From positions 821 through 64,820 of the forward strand of contig CANJRA010000003.1 of the NCBI GenBank assembly GCA_947476625.1: DNA of 64,000 nucleotides. The letters are read 5' to 3'. The translations under genes and the position numbers were made by a program. Shown here in pieces: positions 39,017-48,193 of this stretch. How positions within the stretch are numbered: the stretch's first letter is position 1; each line of letters opens with the position of its first letter. The notes below the pieces were generated by a model. The model was not told the origin of the DNA and did no database searches. It was given only the letters and a program-made list of their open reading frames with translations. This DNA comes from Fidelibacterota bacterium (lineage in GTDB: Bacteria; Pseudomonadota; Alphaproteobacteria; Rhodospirillales; Rhodospirillaceae).

Positions 39017-39903
39017 TAGTGATCCTTCAAGGTCTGGACATGGGCGGTCACGCAGTCCGCCAACGCATCCAAGTTGTAACCGCCTTCGAGCACCGACACC
39101 ACCCGTCCGCCGCAGACTTGGCGCGCCACATCCATAAGGGCCCCCGTGGCCCAGGCAAAGTCATTTTCGGTTAACCCCAGTTGCCCCAGGGGATCGTCCT
39201 TATGGGCGTTGAATCCGGCGGAAATAATAATAAAATCCGGCTTGAATGCGGTCAGGGCGGGCAGGATCTCGTCCCGCATGCCGCCCCGAAACACATCGCC
39301 CCGCCCGCCTGCAGCTAGCGGCACGTTGACGATATTATTGTGCGCGCCCCGCTCCCGCCGCGCGCCGGTGTCGGGATAGAACGGATACTGATGCGTCGAG
39401 GCATAGAAAGCTTCGGCGTCGTCCCAGAAAATCTCCTGCGTGCCGTTGCCGTGATGCACGTCGAAATCCACGACCGCCACCCGCTGATAGCCATACGCAT
39501 TGCGAGCATGCATGGCGCCAACGGCCGCGTTGTTCACAAGACAGAAGCCCATCGGCCTCAAAGACTCCGCATGATGTCCGGGAGGGCGCACGGCGGCACC
39601 GGCCGCCCGCAGCATGGCTTCGCCCGAGCCCGGAGATACGACGGTGTCGCCGTCGAGATTGAATAAACACTTGGCCGGAATCGCCGACATGATGTCGGAG
39701 ACATACCCGCCGGGATGAACGCACCCAATATCCTCGGGCGTCGCAGCCGGCGCGTTCTCGCGCACCAGCCCTTGAAAGTCCGTTTGATCAAGCGCCCGCA
39801 AAATACTGCGCAGGCGATCGGGATTTTCCGGATGATACGGCCCGGTATCGTGTGCGAGATAGCTGTCGTGGCTGAGAACCAGTGTCGTCATGTGCGTAAC
39901 CAC
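39016..39903 (-). CDS. Histone deacetylase-family (HDAC/AcuC-like) amidohydrolase
   Basis: YHPENPDRL...RPPGHHAE...GFCLVNNAA...DFDVHHGNGTQ...EGGY matches the family. Its stop overlaps the xseB start (TAATG). It appears to lack about 18-20 aa before RPPGHHA relative to family members I recall. Confidence 0.85.
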   Translation of the reverse strand: MVTHMTTLVLSHDSYLAHDTGPYHPENPDRLRSILRALDQTDFQGLVRENAPAATPEDIGCVHPGGYVSDIMSAIPAKCLFNLDGDTVVSPGSGEAMLRAAGAAVRPPGHHAESLRPMGFCLVNNAAVGAMHARNAYGYQRVAVVDFDVHHGNGTQEIFWDDAEAFYASTHQYPFYPDTGARRERGAHNNIVNVPLAAGGRGDVFRGGMRDEILPALTAFKPDFIIISAGFNAHKDDPLGQLGLTENDFAWATGALMDVARQVCGGRVVSVLEGGYNLDALADCVTAHVQTLKDH

Positions 39904-39953
39904 CGTGGCGAGAGTGTTCTTTTACCACGCCACGCGACGCCGCCAGAATAGAA

Positions 39954-41012
39954 CTAAACCGCGCGGTAGAGATAGACGCCCTCAGGTGTCGTCTCGCGCA
40001 CGATCTCGCCGGTGCCGATGAGGTAGTTGAGGTGCGCCATGGTTTCACCCAAGGCAAACCGCAATTGGATTCCCTCAAAAGTGCGGTCGAAGATCGCCGG
40101 CAGAACCTCTGCGGCGGTAACGCTTTTTGCACACACGATGCGCACCCGCACCAAACGCTCCTCGTGATGCGCGGTAATCTGATCGACCCGCTCCTGCAAT
40201 CCATAGAACGGAAGTTTATGCGACGGCAGAACCAGTGCATCCGGCGGCAAGGCGCGATAGCGTTGAAGACTATCGAGAAAAAGCTGCAGCGGATTGCTGT
40301 CGTCCTCGGCATTAAAAACGCTGACGTTGGGCGTAATTCCCGGCAGAACCTGATCGCCCGCAATCAAAACACCCAGCCCCGCAGCATGAAGCCCCGCGAG
40401 TTGTGGCGAATGGCCCTCGCCGACAACGATTTGCCATGTCGTTTTCGCCGCGTTCACGGGCTGCGCGGGATCGACCACGGAAAATTCCGCCGGAAGCGGC
40501 CATATAAATTGCGCGAAGTTGCGATCCTCGCCCGCCGGCATCTCTGACGACGCGCGCGGAACGCCCCCGCGCTTAAAAAAATCGCGGGTCATGGCAGATA
40601 CTTCGGCGTCACTCAGCCCATAGCTGAAGCGTGCGGTCTCGATTTCTTTCGGCGTCGCCCACACTTTTACACCGTAAGTCTCCGACAACCAGCCCGCTAA
40701 GCCCATATGATCGGGATGATAGTGTGTACAGATGACACGCTTCAGCGGCTTTGCGCTTAGGGGCCCGGCGAAAAGATCCGTCCACAGCGCCTGCGTTTCG
40801 TTAGTGTTGATACCGGCATCGACCAACGTCCAGCCGTCGCCGTCATCCAAGATCCAAAGATTGATATGATTGAGCCTGAACGGCAGCGGCATACGCACCC
40901 ATTTCACACCGGGCGCTACATCAATCATCGTGCCGGGCGTAGGTGCCACCTCAAAAGGAAAGCGCAAGTGCTCGTTGCCCTTACCCGGTGGCGTATGCTT
41001 TTGTTCAACCAT
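39954..41012 (-). CDS. MBL-fold metallo-hydrolase
   Basis: It has the motif ICTHYHPDHMGLAGW and a C-terminal winged-helix-like tail. 352 aa. Confidence 0.88.
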   Translation of the reverse strand: MVEQKHTPPGKGNEHLRFPFEVAPTPGTMIDVAPGVKWVRMPLPFRLNHINLWILDDGDGWTLVDAGINTNETQALWTDLFAGPLSAKPLKRVICTHYHPDHMGLAGWLSETYGVKVWATPKEIETARFSYGLSDAEVSAMTRDFFKRGGVPRASSEMPAGEDRNFAQFIWPLPAEFSVVDPAQPVNAAKTTWQIVVGEGHSPQLAGLHAAGLGVLIAGDQVLPGITPNVSVFNAEDDSNPLQLFLDSLQRYRALPPDALVLPSHKLPFYGLQERVDQITAHHEERLVRVRIVCAKSVTAAEVLPAIFDRTFEGIQLRFALGETMAHLNYLIGTGEIVRETTPEGVYLYRAV

Positions 41013-41119
41013 GGAAGTTGGGGTGCCACAGTATGTTCGTATTGTCCAGTTCCATGGCGTTTATCCTGCGGCTGTAGCATGTCAGCTATGATGCAATCGC
41101 AAGACCTTGGGAGAGTAGC

Positions 41120-42046
41120 GTGAGCGAAGTGCGGATCGGTATCGACCTCGGCGGGACAAAAATCGAGGCCATCGCGCTGGATCGCAGCGGCGGCGCGCGT
41201 TTTCGCCGCCGTATATCGACGCCGCAGGGTCAGTACGGCGAAACCGTGCAAGCTATCGCCGCTTTGGTCGCCGAGGCCGAGGACGCAACGTCGGCGTTGC
41301 GCGGCGGCACACCGGCAACCGTCGGCGTCGGCATTCCCGGCACGATTTCACCCGCAACCGGCCACATCAAGAATGCCAATTCTGTTTGCCTAATTGGTCA
41401 TGCCCTCGACCGCGACATCGCGGCAGCCATAGGCCGCCCTGTGAAACTCGCCAACGATGCCGACTGCTTTGCTTTGTCCGAAGCCACCGACGGCGCGGGC
41501 GACGGCCACAGCATTGTCTTCGGCGCCATCCTCGGCACCGGCGCAGGCGGCGGACTTGTCGTCAACAAAACGCTCGTGCGCGGCCCCAATGCCATCACCG
41601 GCGAATGGGGCCACAATCCCCTGCCGTGGCCGCAAGCCGACGAAACGCCGGGTCCGAAATGTTACTGCGGACTAAACGGCTGCCAAGAGACGTTCATTTC
41701 CGGCACAGGACTCAGCAGGTATTTTGCCGAAGTGACGGGGACCACTGTAACGGCCGAAGATATTGTCGCACGCAGTGAAGCCGGAGATGCCGCTGCCCTC
41801 GCGGCAGTCGCGCGCTATGTCGACCGCCTCGCGCGCGCGACAGCGGCGGCCATCAACCTGATAGATCCACACGTCATCGTCCTTGGTGGCGGCATGTCGA
41901 AAGTTCAGCGGTTGTATCTGGATGTTCCGAAGCTATGGCCAGCTTATGTCTTTTCAGACACCGTGGTCACCAAACTATCGCCGCCGCATCACGGCGATGC
42001 CAGTGGCGTGCGCGGCGCGGCATGGTTATGGCCGCTCAGCGTTTAA
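41120..42046 (+). CDS. ROK family sugar kinase (N-acetylglucosamine kinase/fructokinase-like)
   Basis: IGIDLGGTKIE...GIPG...ANDADCFALSEA...GEWGHNPLP...CYCGLNGCQETFISG includes the zinc motif. GTG start. Confidence 0.9.
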   Translation: MSEVRIGIDLGGTKIEAIALDRSGGARFRRRISTPQGQYGETVQAIAALVAEAEDATSALRGGTPATVGVGIPGTISPATGHIKNANSVCLIGHALDRDIAAAIGRPVKLANDADCFALSEATDGAGDGHSIVFGAILGTGAGGGLVVNKTLVRGPNAITGEWGHNPLPWPQADETPGPKCYCGLNGCQETFISGTGLSRYFAEVTGTTVTAEDIVARSEAGDAAALAAVARYVDRLARATAAAINLIDPHVIVLGGGMSKVQRLYLDVPKLWPAYVFSDTVVTKLSPPHHGDASGVRGAAWLWPLSV

Positions 42047-42866
42047 CGCACGCGGGTGCGGGAAGACGGCGCAAACCGGTTAGTTTCGCGGCAAGCGCAA
42101 AATCCCCGAACGTCTGCTCGAACGATTCCGTGACGCCAGATTGATGAAGCTGGGCCGCCAGTTCGAAGTTCGGCACCTCGATTTTTTCATCGACACCGAA
42201 AATGGCCGTACTCATGCGCCAGAAATGCGTATCCAGAAGATTTTCATCTATCGCAGATGAGGCATCGATGTTTTGTGACGCTACACGCGGACCAATGGCG
42301 GTGGACATCATGCGCGGGCCTTTATACGAAGCGCCATTCAAGACAACGCTGCTGAACAAAATGTCGCCACGCTCCGCGTGCGAGAGAAGCGCTTTGGAAT
42401 GTGCCACAGGAAACAAACTGCCGCGCGGCAAAGCCACAATTACCGGACGCACTTTTTCTTTTCCAACCGGTGGCACGTCATATTGCGCACGGCCGCCGCT
42501 TTTTGTCAGCGCGGCGCTGCCGCTATAAGCCTGCTCGGCTTCGCTATTTCTAAATGTCCTGACGGTAAATTTATACTTCTCACTGTTCTTGGATTCCCAG
42601 GACGAGAAAAGCGTTTCGTTGGACATTTCTGTATCGTCGCGAAATTTTAGCAGTACAACAACGCGTGATCTGGTTTCCCATCCATCGCACGTCTGGGCGA
42701 ACAGTGATTCGAGCGTACCGACGACGGCGCGCGGGCCGGTCGTAGAACTCGCATGCGTCAGGCGCAAATCGTAGGTCGCTTCATAGGATGAAAGATCAGC
42801 AGCTTGCGTTTTTGCCGCCGACAGCACGGCAACAGTCGCCAGCAGACCTATACGCCAAGACATCAC
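42036..42866 (-). CDS. EipB/DUF1849 family periplasmic protein (paralogue 1)
   Basis: It has a signal peptide. The YEATYDLRL...CDGWETRS...SSWESKNSEKYKF...LPRGSLFPVAHS...FGDFALAAKL...PAC pattern is typical of DUF1849. Confidence 0.8.
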   Translation of the reverse strand: MMSWRIGLLATVAVLSAAKTQAADLSSYEATYDLRLTHASSTTGPRAVVGTLESLFAQTCDGWETRSRVVVLLKFRDDTEMSNETLFSSWESKNSEKYKFTVRTFRNSEAEQAYSGSAALTKSGGRAQYDVPPVGKEKVRPVIVALPRGSLFPVAHSKALLSHAERGDILFSSVVLNGASYKGPRMMSTAIGPRVASQNIDASSAIDENLLDTHFWRMSTAIFGVDEKIEVPNFELAAQLHQSGVTESFEQTFGDFALAAKLTGLRRLPAPACVKR

Positions 42867-42897
42867 TCAACCTCCCCGCTGAGTTTCAGCCGCGCTC

Positions 42898-43794
42898 TTA
42901 AGGACAGGGCGGCGCCACGATAGGCTCCACTTTCACGGACTTGAACGCAAGCGTAAACCCGCCGAAATCCTGCGCCATGGAATGCGTGATACCTGTGTTC
43001 TGCAAGTTCTGCATGATTTCGTATTCAGGCAACTCCTCTTTCGAGGACATGGGAAAATAGGCAATACCGATGGGCCAATAACTGTCCTTAGATGATGCCG
43101 GCCCAGACTTCACAGGCGAAACACCGCCCTGCTCTGGCCCAATAGCCGCCGTCACCCAGAACGGGCCTTCGTCAAAAGAGCCGTCGATCACCAGCTTACT
43201 CATGAAGCGGTCCCTGGAGGCCGCGCTTTTGATCAGCGCCAACGTATGCGCGGTCGACAACAGCGTGCCGCGCGGCAGATCGAATTTGGTAACCTCGTCA
43301 CCTTCGTAAGTGGCAACGCCGGTGCCGTCTTCGTTGAATTGGATGCCCCCATGATAGGCCTTAGCGACTTTGCCGTTCTCCGACACTTGCAGGCGGAACG
43401 TCGACGACCGTCCATCCTTCGATTCCCATGCGGCATAGCGCTGCTCGACTTGGTTGTCGTCGCCATTGGCAAAAGACAGGTCCATCGAGAGATTGGTCTC
43501 GATGGTGTAACCGTCGCAGCGATCCGTAATGGTGTAGGTCATATTGCCCGAGGCGGCGCGTACGCCGTCGCTATGGCTGACCTTCGCGAGCGACACCTCA
43601 TACACCGCGCGATGAGAGGAAAGGCTCCCCGTTTTCTCCGCGAGTTTTTCTACGACTTTTTCGGATGTGCGCGCGCCCTGCGCGCCGGAGACTGAGGGTG
43701 CAGCGCTGGCGACGCTCGTGCTTAACAAACACGCCGCGGCAACAGAGGTGAAGAGTACGCAAGACGCCGAACGACCAAACTGCATTCTGAACAC
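42898..43794 (-). CDS. EipB/DUF1849 family periplasmic protein (paralogue 2)
   Basis: It has a signal peptide. HRAVYEVSL...CDGYTIET...AAWESKDGRSSTF...LPRGTLLSTAHT...FGGFTLAFKS...PPC aligns by eye with paralogue 1. Confidence 0.8.
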   Translation of the reverse strand: MFRMQFGRSASCVLFTSVAAACLLSTSVASAAPSVSGAQGARTSEKVVEKLAEKTGSLSSHRAVYEVSLAKVSHSDGVRAASGNMTYTITDRCDGYTIETNLSMDLSFANGDDNQVEQRYAAWESKDGRSSTFRLQVSENGKVAKAYHGGIQFNEDGTGVATYEGDEVTKFDLPRGTLLSTAHTLALIKSAASRDRFMSKLVIDGSFDEGPFWVTAAIGPEQGGVSPVKSGPASSKDSYWPIGIAYFPMSSKEELPEYEIMQNLQNTGITHSMAQDFGGFTLAFKSVKVEPIVAPPCP

Positions 43795-44261
43795 ATCAAG
43801 CCCTTTCTGAGAAAAATCACCGCTACCGAAATGTCATCATATCATCGCTAAAAAAATCAGGCGTGGACCTCTCCATGCAATACCGCATGGCACCCGTGAT
43901 CCTACATGGAGTCGCTGTAAGTGATTTCGGATAACAACTACTTATGGAATTCATCCTGTAGGTTCAATATGTTGGCATAAAAAGCCACGAAACTATGAGC
44001 CTCATCCAGGAGTTGAGATCCTTAAGCGAAGGTAGAAAAAAGCGTGTTTAGCGGAATTAGCGAAATTTGCTGTCGAATCAACTTGATAGACTTCATTTCA
44101 TCGGGGTTTCTTTATCGCCTATTAAACAGACATAGAACTAAAGGTTTCTCTCAATAGGAGAATTTTTATTATAAGTTGAAACCCCACCCGGCTTACCAAC
44201 TTTGAACTGTTGACCCTGCGTCTCACCCTCAAAAGAATGTCGCCCGTTGGGATGAGGAGAC

Positions 44262-44989
44262 TTGGTTATGGCGGGGATGCCGGAACCGAAGCGCAATGGT
44301 GCGCCGGAACCTGAGCAAAATGCGATCGTTACCAAGCTCGCGCAGCTTGTCCGCTTCACCGAACAGGTAAAGCCGGACAAAGCGACCGAGGGTAATGCCG
44401 CGATCGTACAGATCGCCGCGCTTGCGCATGCCCTTGTGGAGGAGATTTCCAACCACCTCAAAGAACAAAACAAACGCATCGCCGATCTCGAGAATCTCGC
44501 GACGACGGATGCGCTGACTAAAATTCTGAACCGCCGTGGCTTCGAGGAGTGCCTTGCGCATGAACTCTCGGTCGCGCGCCGGCATGGCGTCGGCGGCGTT
44601 CTGATCTTTGTCGATCTCGACGAATTCAAACCCATCAATGATACATTTGGCCACGCGGCCGGCGACGAAGTGCTGCGCACCGTCTCCAACCTTCTGCGCG
44701 GCCATATCCGCGATACCGACTATATCGGCCGCTTGGGCGGCGACGAATTCGCGATCCTTCTGCCGCGCTCCAACAAACGCAACGGCGTGCGCCGTGCCGA
44801 AGACTTGGACCGGAACTCAACAACGCCTACGCATCGTGGGACAACACCCAGATCGCTCTGAAGGCAAGCTGCGGCGTGCACATGTACGCAGCCAAAGCCG
44901 AAGTCGGCGAGCTCCTGGAAGCCGCCGACGCCGCCATGTACAAAATCAAACAAGAACGCCGCGAGAAATTCGGCATTAAAGCGCGTTAA
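44262..44989 (+). pseudogene. GGDEF-domain diguanylate cyclase with an N-terminal coiled-coil region, interrupted by a -1 frameshift near its 3' end
   Basis: LATTDALTKILNRRGFEE...LIFVDLDEFKPINDTFGHAAGDEVL...RLGGDEFAILL reads well up to ...RRAEDLDR and then becomes nonsense. The -1 frame from about 44813 continues ELNNAYASWDNTQIALKASCGVHMY...ELLEAADAAMYKIKQER*, the expected GGDEF C-terminus, and stops at 44987-44989. A G is apparently missing in CGG(G)AA at 44811-44815. Confidence 0.8.
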
Positions 44990-45052
44990 GTCCCCGGGCG
45001 TCGCCCTGGGACTTGTTCCCGGGGCCTAGGGGATAAACCCCAGGGCGCCGAG

Positions 45053-46846
45053 TTATTGTTTAATTTCGGCCTTTTCCTTCGGCAGATTGAGCTTGATGTG
45101 CAGCTCGCGGAGCTGCTTTTCCGAAACCGTGTTCGGCGCTTGCATCAGCAAGTCCTCAGCGCGGCCGGTCATCGGGAATAGGATAACCTCACGGATGTTC
45201 GGCTCCTCGGCCAACAGCATGACAATGCGGTCGATGCCGGGCGCCGAGCCGCCATGCGGCGGAGCGCCGTATTTGAACGCGTTAAGCATACCGCCGAAGC
45301 GGGCTTCCACGTCTTCCTGCTTGTAGCCGGCGATCTCGAACGCTTTGTACATGACATCGGGACGATGGTTGCGGATAGCGCCCGAAGACAGCTCCACGCC
45401 GTTGCAGACGATATCGTACTGGAACGCTTTGATCGTCAGCGGATCTTGATTCAGCAGCGCATCCATACCGCCCTGAGGCATCGAGAACGGATTGTGGCTG
45501 AACTCGATTTGGTTTGTGTCCTTGTTGCGCTCGTACATCGGGAAATCGACGATCCAGCAGAACATGAACTTGTTACGATCCAGCAGGTTCAACTCGTCGC
45601 AAATCTTGGTGCGTACGAGACCCGCAAACTTCGCCGCCGGTTCCGGCTGATCGCAGGCAAAGAACACGCTGTCGCCGTCGCTGACGCCCGTGATTGCCTT
45701 GATCTTGGCAACACGTTCGGCATCCAGGTTTTTGGCAATCGGACCGCGGGCTTCACCGTCTTTGTATTGGATATAGCCCAAACCACCTGCGCCGTTTTCA
45801 CGCGCCCACTCATTGAGTTTGTCGAACCAGCTGCGCGGCTGATCAGCCGACTTCGGCGCAGGCACCGCCCGCACGATGCCGCCCTTCTCGATGTTCTTGG
45901 CAAACAGGCCAAAGCTCGAACCCCTGAAAGCTTCGGTCACATCACTCACGAGCAACGGATTACGCAAATCAGGCTTATCGCTGCCGTACTTCAACATCGC
46001 ATCGGCATACGTGATGCGCGGAAATGCGCCCTTGGTCACTTCCTTGCCCTTGCCGAACTCTTGGAACACGCCCGCCAGCACCGGCGTAATCGCTTCGAAC
46101 ACGTCGTCTTGCGTCACAAAAGCCATTTCGAAGTCGAGCTGGTAAAATTCGCCCGGCGAGCGGTCGGCACGGCTGTCTTCATCGCGGAAGCACGGCGCAA
46201 TTTGGAAATAGCGGTCGAAGCCCGAGGTCATCAGCAGCTGTTTGAACTGCTGCGGCGCTTGCGGCAGCGCATAGAACTTGCCGGGATGAATGCGCGACGG
46301 CACCAGGAAGTCGCGGGCACCTTCGGGCGAGGACGCCGTCAGAATCGGCGTTTGGTATTCGACAAAGCCCTGGGCCCACATGCGCTGGCGCAAGCTGGCG
46401 ATAACCTTCGAGCGCAGCAAAATATTGTCGCGCATCTTTTCGCGGCGTAAATCGAGGAATCGGTAGCTCAGGCGCATCTCTTCCGAGTACTCCTGATCAC
46501 CCGCCACCTGCATCGGTAGCACCGCCGCTTCGGACAGCACCTCGACATCGGCCACTACCAGTTCGATGCCGCCCGTGGGCAGCTTGTCGTTGGCGGTTTC
46601 AGGCGAGCGCGGCACCACTTTACCCGTAACACTGACGACGCTCTCGGGCCGCGCAGCTTCCAGTATTTTGAATACCGGGCTCGAGGTATCGGCCACGCAT
46701 TGGGTCAGGCCGTACTGGTCGCGCAGGTCGACGAACAGCAGATTGCCATGGTCGCGTTTACGATGAACCCAGCCGGAAATCCGCGCCTCCTGGCCGGCAT
46801 TCTCCGGTCGGAGGGCGCCGCAGGTGTGTGTCCGATAACGGTGCAT
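45053..46846 (-). CDS. aspS: Aspartate--tRNA ligase
   Basis: [13 protein letters not shown]...[19 protein letters not shown]...[12 protein letters not shown]...GLDR(I)VML carries the class II motifs. 597 aa. Confidence 0.97.
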   Translation of the reverse strand: MHRYRTHTCGALRPENAGQEARISGWVHRKRDHGNLLFVDLRDQYGLTQCVADTSSPVFKILEAARPESVVSVTGKVVPRSPETANDKLPTGGIELVVADVEVLSEAAVLPMQVAGDQEYSEEMRLSYRFLDLRREKMRDNILLRSKVIASLRQRMWAQGFVEYQTPILTASSPEGARDFLVPSRIHPGKFYALPQAPQQFKQLLMTSGFDRYFQIAPCFRDEDSRADRSPGEFYQLDFEMAFVTQDDVFEAITPVLAGVFQEFGKGKEVTKGAFPRITYADAMLKYGSDKPDLRNPLLVSDVTEAFRGSSFGLFAKNIEKGGIVRAVPAPKSADQPRSWFDKLNEWARENGAGGLGYIQYKDGEARGPIAKNLDAERVAKIKAITGVSDGDSVFFACDQPEPAAKFAGLVRTKICDELNLLDRNKFMFCWIVDFPMYERNKDTNQIEFSHNPFSMPQGGMDALLNQDPLTIKAFQYDIVCNGVELSSGAIRNHRPDVMYKAFEIAGYKQEDVEARFGGMLNAFKYGAPPHGGSAPGIDRIVMLLAEEPNIREVILFPMTGRAEDLLMQAPNTVSEKQLRELHIKLNLPKEKAEIKQ

Positions 46847-47029
46847 CGCTCAATCCTTGCAAAATGGGCGCGAAACCCTATCCAAACGGGTGCCTGCGCG
46901 GCGTGAAACCACACCGAACCCGGCCATTTGTCAAGGCTTGGCCAAGCACGCCACCCAACCGGCTTTAAGGCCGCCCGAAGCGTGCGAGCCCCGTTGCGAG
47001 CCGGGAAGCGACCCGTTAAGACTGGCCCT

Positions 47030-48181
47030 ATGACCTTGATTACAGACACAGCATCCCTCGCTGCCTTTTGCGACCGCATGAAGGGCGTGGATTTCATTAC
47101 CGTGGACACGGAATTCATGCGTGAAACCACGTACTGGGCGAAGCTTTGCCTGGTCCAGGTAGGTGGCCCCGACGAAGCGGTCTGTATCGATCCGCTCGCC
47201 CCCGACATTAACTTAAAACCGCTCTACGACATGATGGCGGACCATAGCCTGCTCAAAATCTTCCATGCCGGGCGCCAGGATCTGGAAATCTTTTTCACCG
47301 CCACCAGTGCTGTACCGGCGCCGGTGTTCGACACCCAGATTGCCGCCATGGTCTGCGGCTTCGGCGATCAGGTCGGCTATGAGGCCCTCGTCTCCAAACT
47401 GGCCGGTGCGAATCTCGACAAGTCCCAGCGGTTCACCGATTGGGCGCAACGTCCCCTGACCGAGCGCCAGATCACCTATGCCTTGGGCGATGTCACTCAC
47501 CTGCGCAAAGTTTACCTCGCCCTCAAGAAGCGTCTGGAAAAAACCGGCCGCGCCTCATGGTTGGACGAAGAAGAAGCCGTGCTCACCAGCCCGGATACCT
47601 ACAAGGTCGATCCGCGCGAGATGTGGCGGCGCTTGCGTGCCCGCACCCGCGCGCCCCGTATGCTGGCCGTGCTGCGCGAACTTGCCGCTTGGCGCGAACT
47701 CACCGCGCAGGCCCTCGATATGCCGCGCCAGCGCGTAGCCAAAGACGATGCCATCCTCGAACTCGCCGCCAACATGCCGATCACCATCGACGACATCAAA
47801 CGCTCCCGCCTCGCTAAGCCGCTGGCCAGCGGCAAATACGCCGAAGGCGTGCTCGCCGCCGTCGCCAAAGGCCGCGCCGTACCCGATGCCGATTGCCCGC
47901 GCTTGGACAGTGACGGCTGGGATACGCAGGCCCCGCGCGCGGTGGTCGAATTACTCAAACTTTTGCTCAAAGCCCGCAGCGAAGCCAACGACGTCGCCCA
48001 GCGCCTTATCGCCACCAGCGATGAACTTGATGAAATCGCGCAGTCCGACACCGCCGACGTGCCCTGCCTCCACGGCTGGCGGCGCGAGTTGTTCGGCGAA
48101 GATGCCCTCAAGCTCAAACGCGGCAAGCTCGCGATTGGACTGAGTGCCAGTGGGAAGAGCGTTGAGGTGTTTGAGAGATAA
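47030..48181 (+). CDS. rnd: Ribonuclease D
   Basis: A DEDD exonuclease domain (ITVDTEFMRETTYWAKLCLVQV...HAGRQDLE...YALGDVTHL) is followed by an HRDC domain. Start at the ATG giving MTLITDT. Confidence 0.93.
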   Translation: MTLITDTASLAAFCDRMKGVDFITVDTEFMRETTYWAKLCLVQVGGPDEAVCIDPLAPDINLKPLYDMMADHSLLKIFHAGRQDLEIFFTATSAVPAPVFDTQIAAMVCGFGDQVGYEALVSKLAGANLDKSQRFTDWAQRPLTERQITYALGDVTHLRKVYLALKKRLEKTGRASWLDEEEAVLTSPDTYKVDPREMWRRLRARTRAPRMLAVLRELAAWRELTAQALDMPRQRVAKDDAILELAANMPITIDDIKRSRLAKPLASGKYAEGVLAAVAKGRAVPDADCPRLDSDGWDTQAPRAVVELLKLLLKARSEANDVAQRLIATSDELDEIAQSDTADVPCLHGWRRELFGEDALKLKRGKLAIGLSASGKSVEVFER

Positions 48182-48193
48182 CGCGCGTCGCGA

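Noticed and set aside
43888-43903. TGGCAC hexamer in the AT-rich intergenic region as a possible sigma-54 promoter for the GGDEF gene.
   Set aside because: The -12 position reads ATCC rather than TTGC, and the site is about 370 nt from the start codon.
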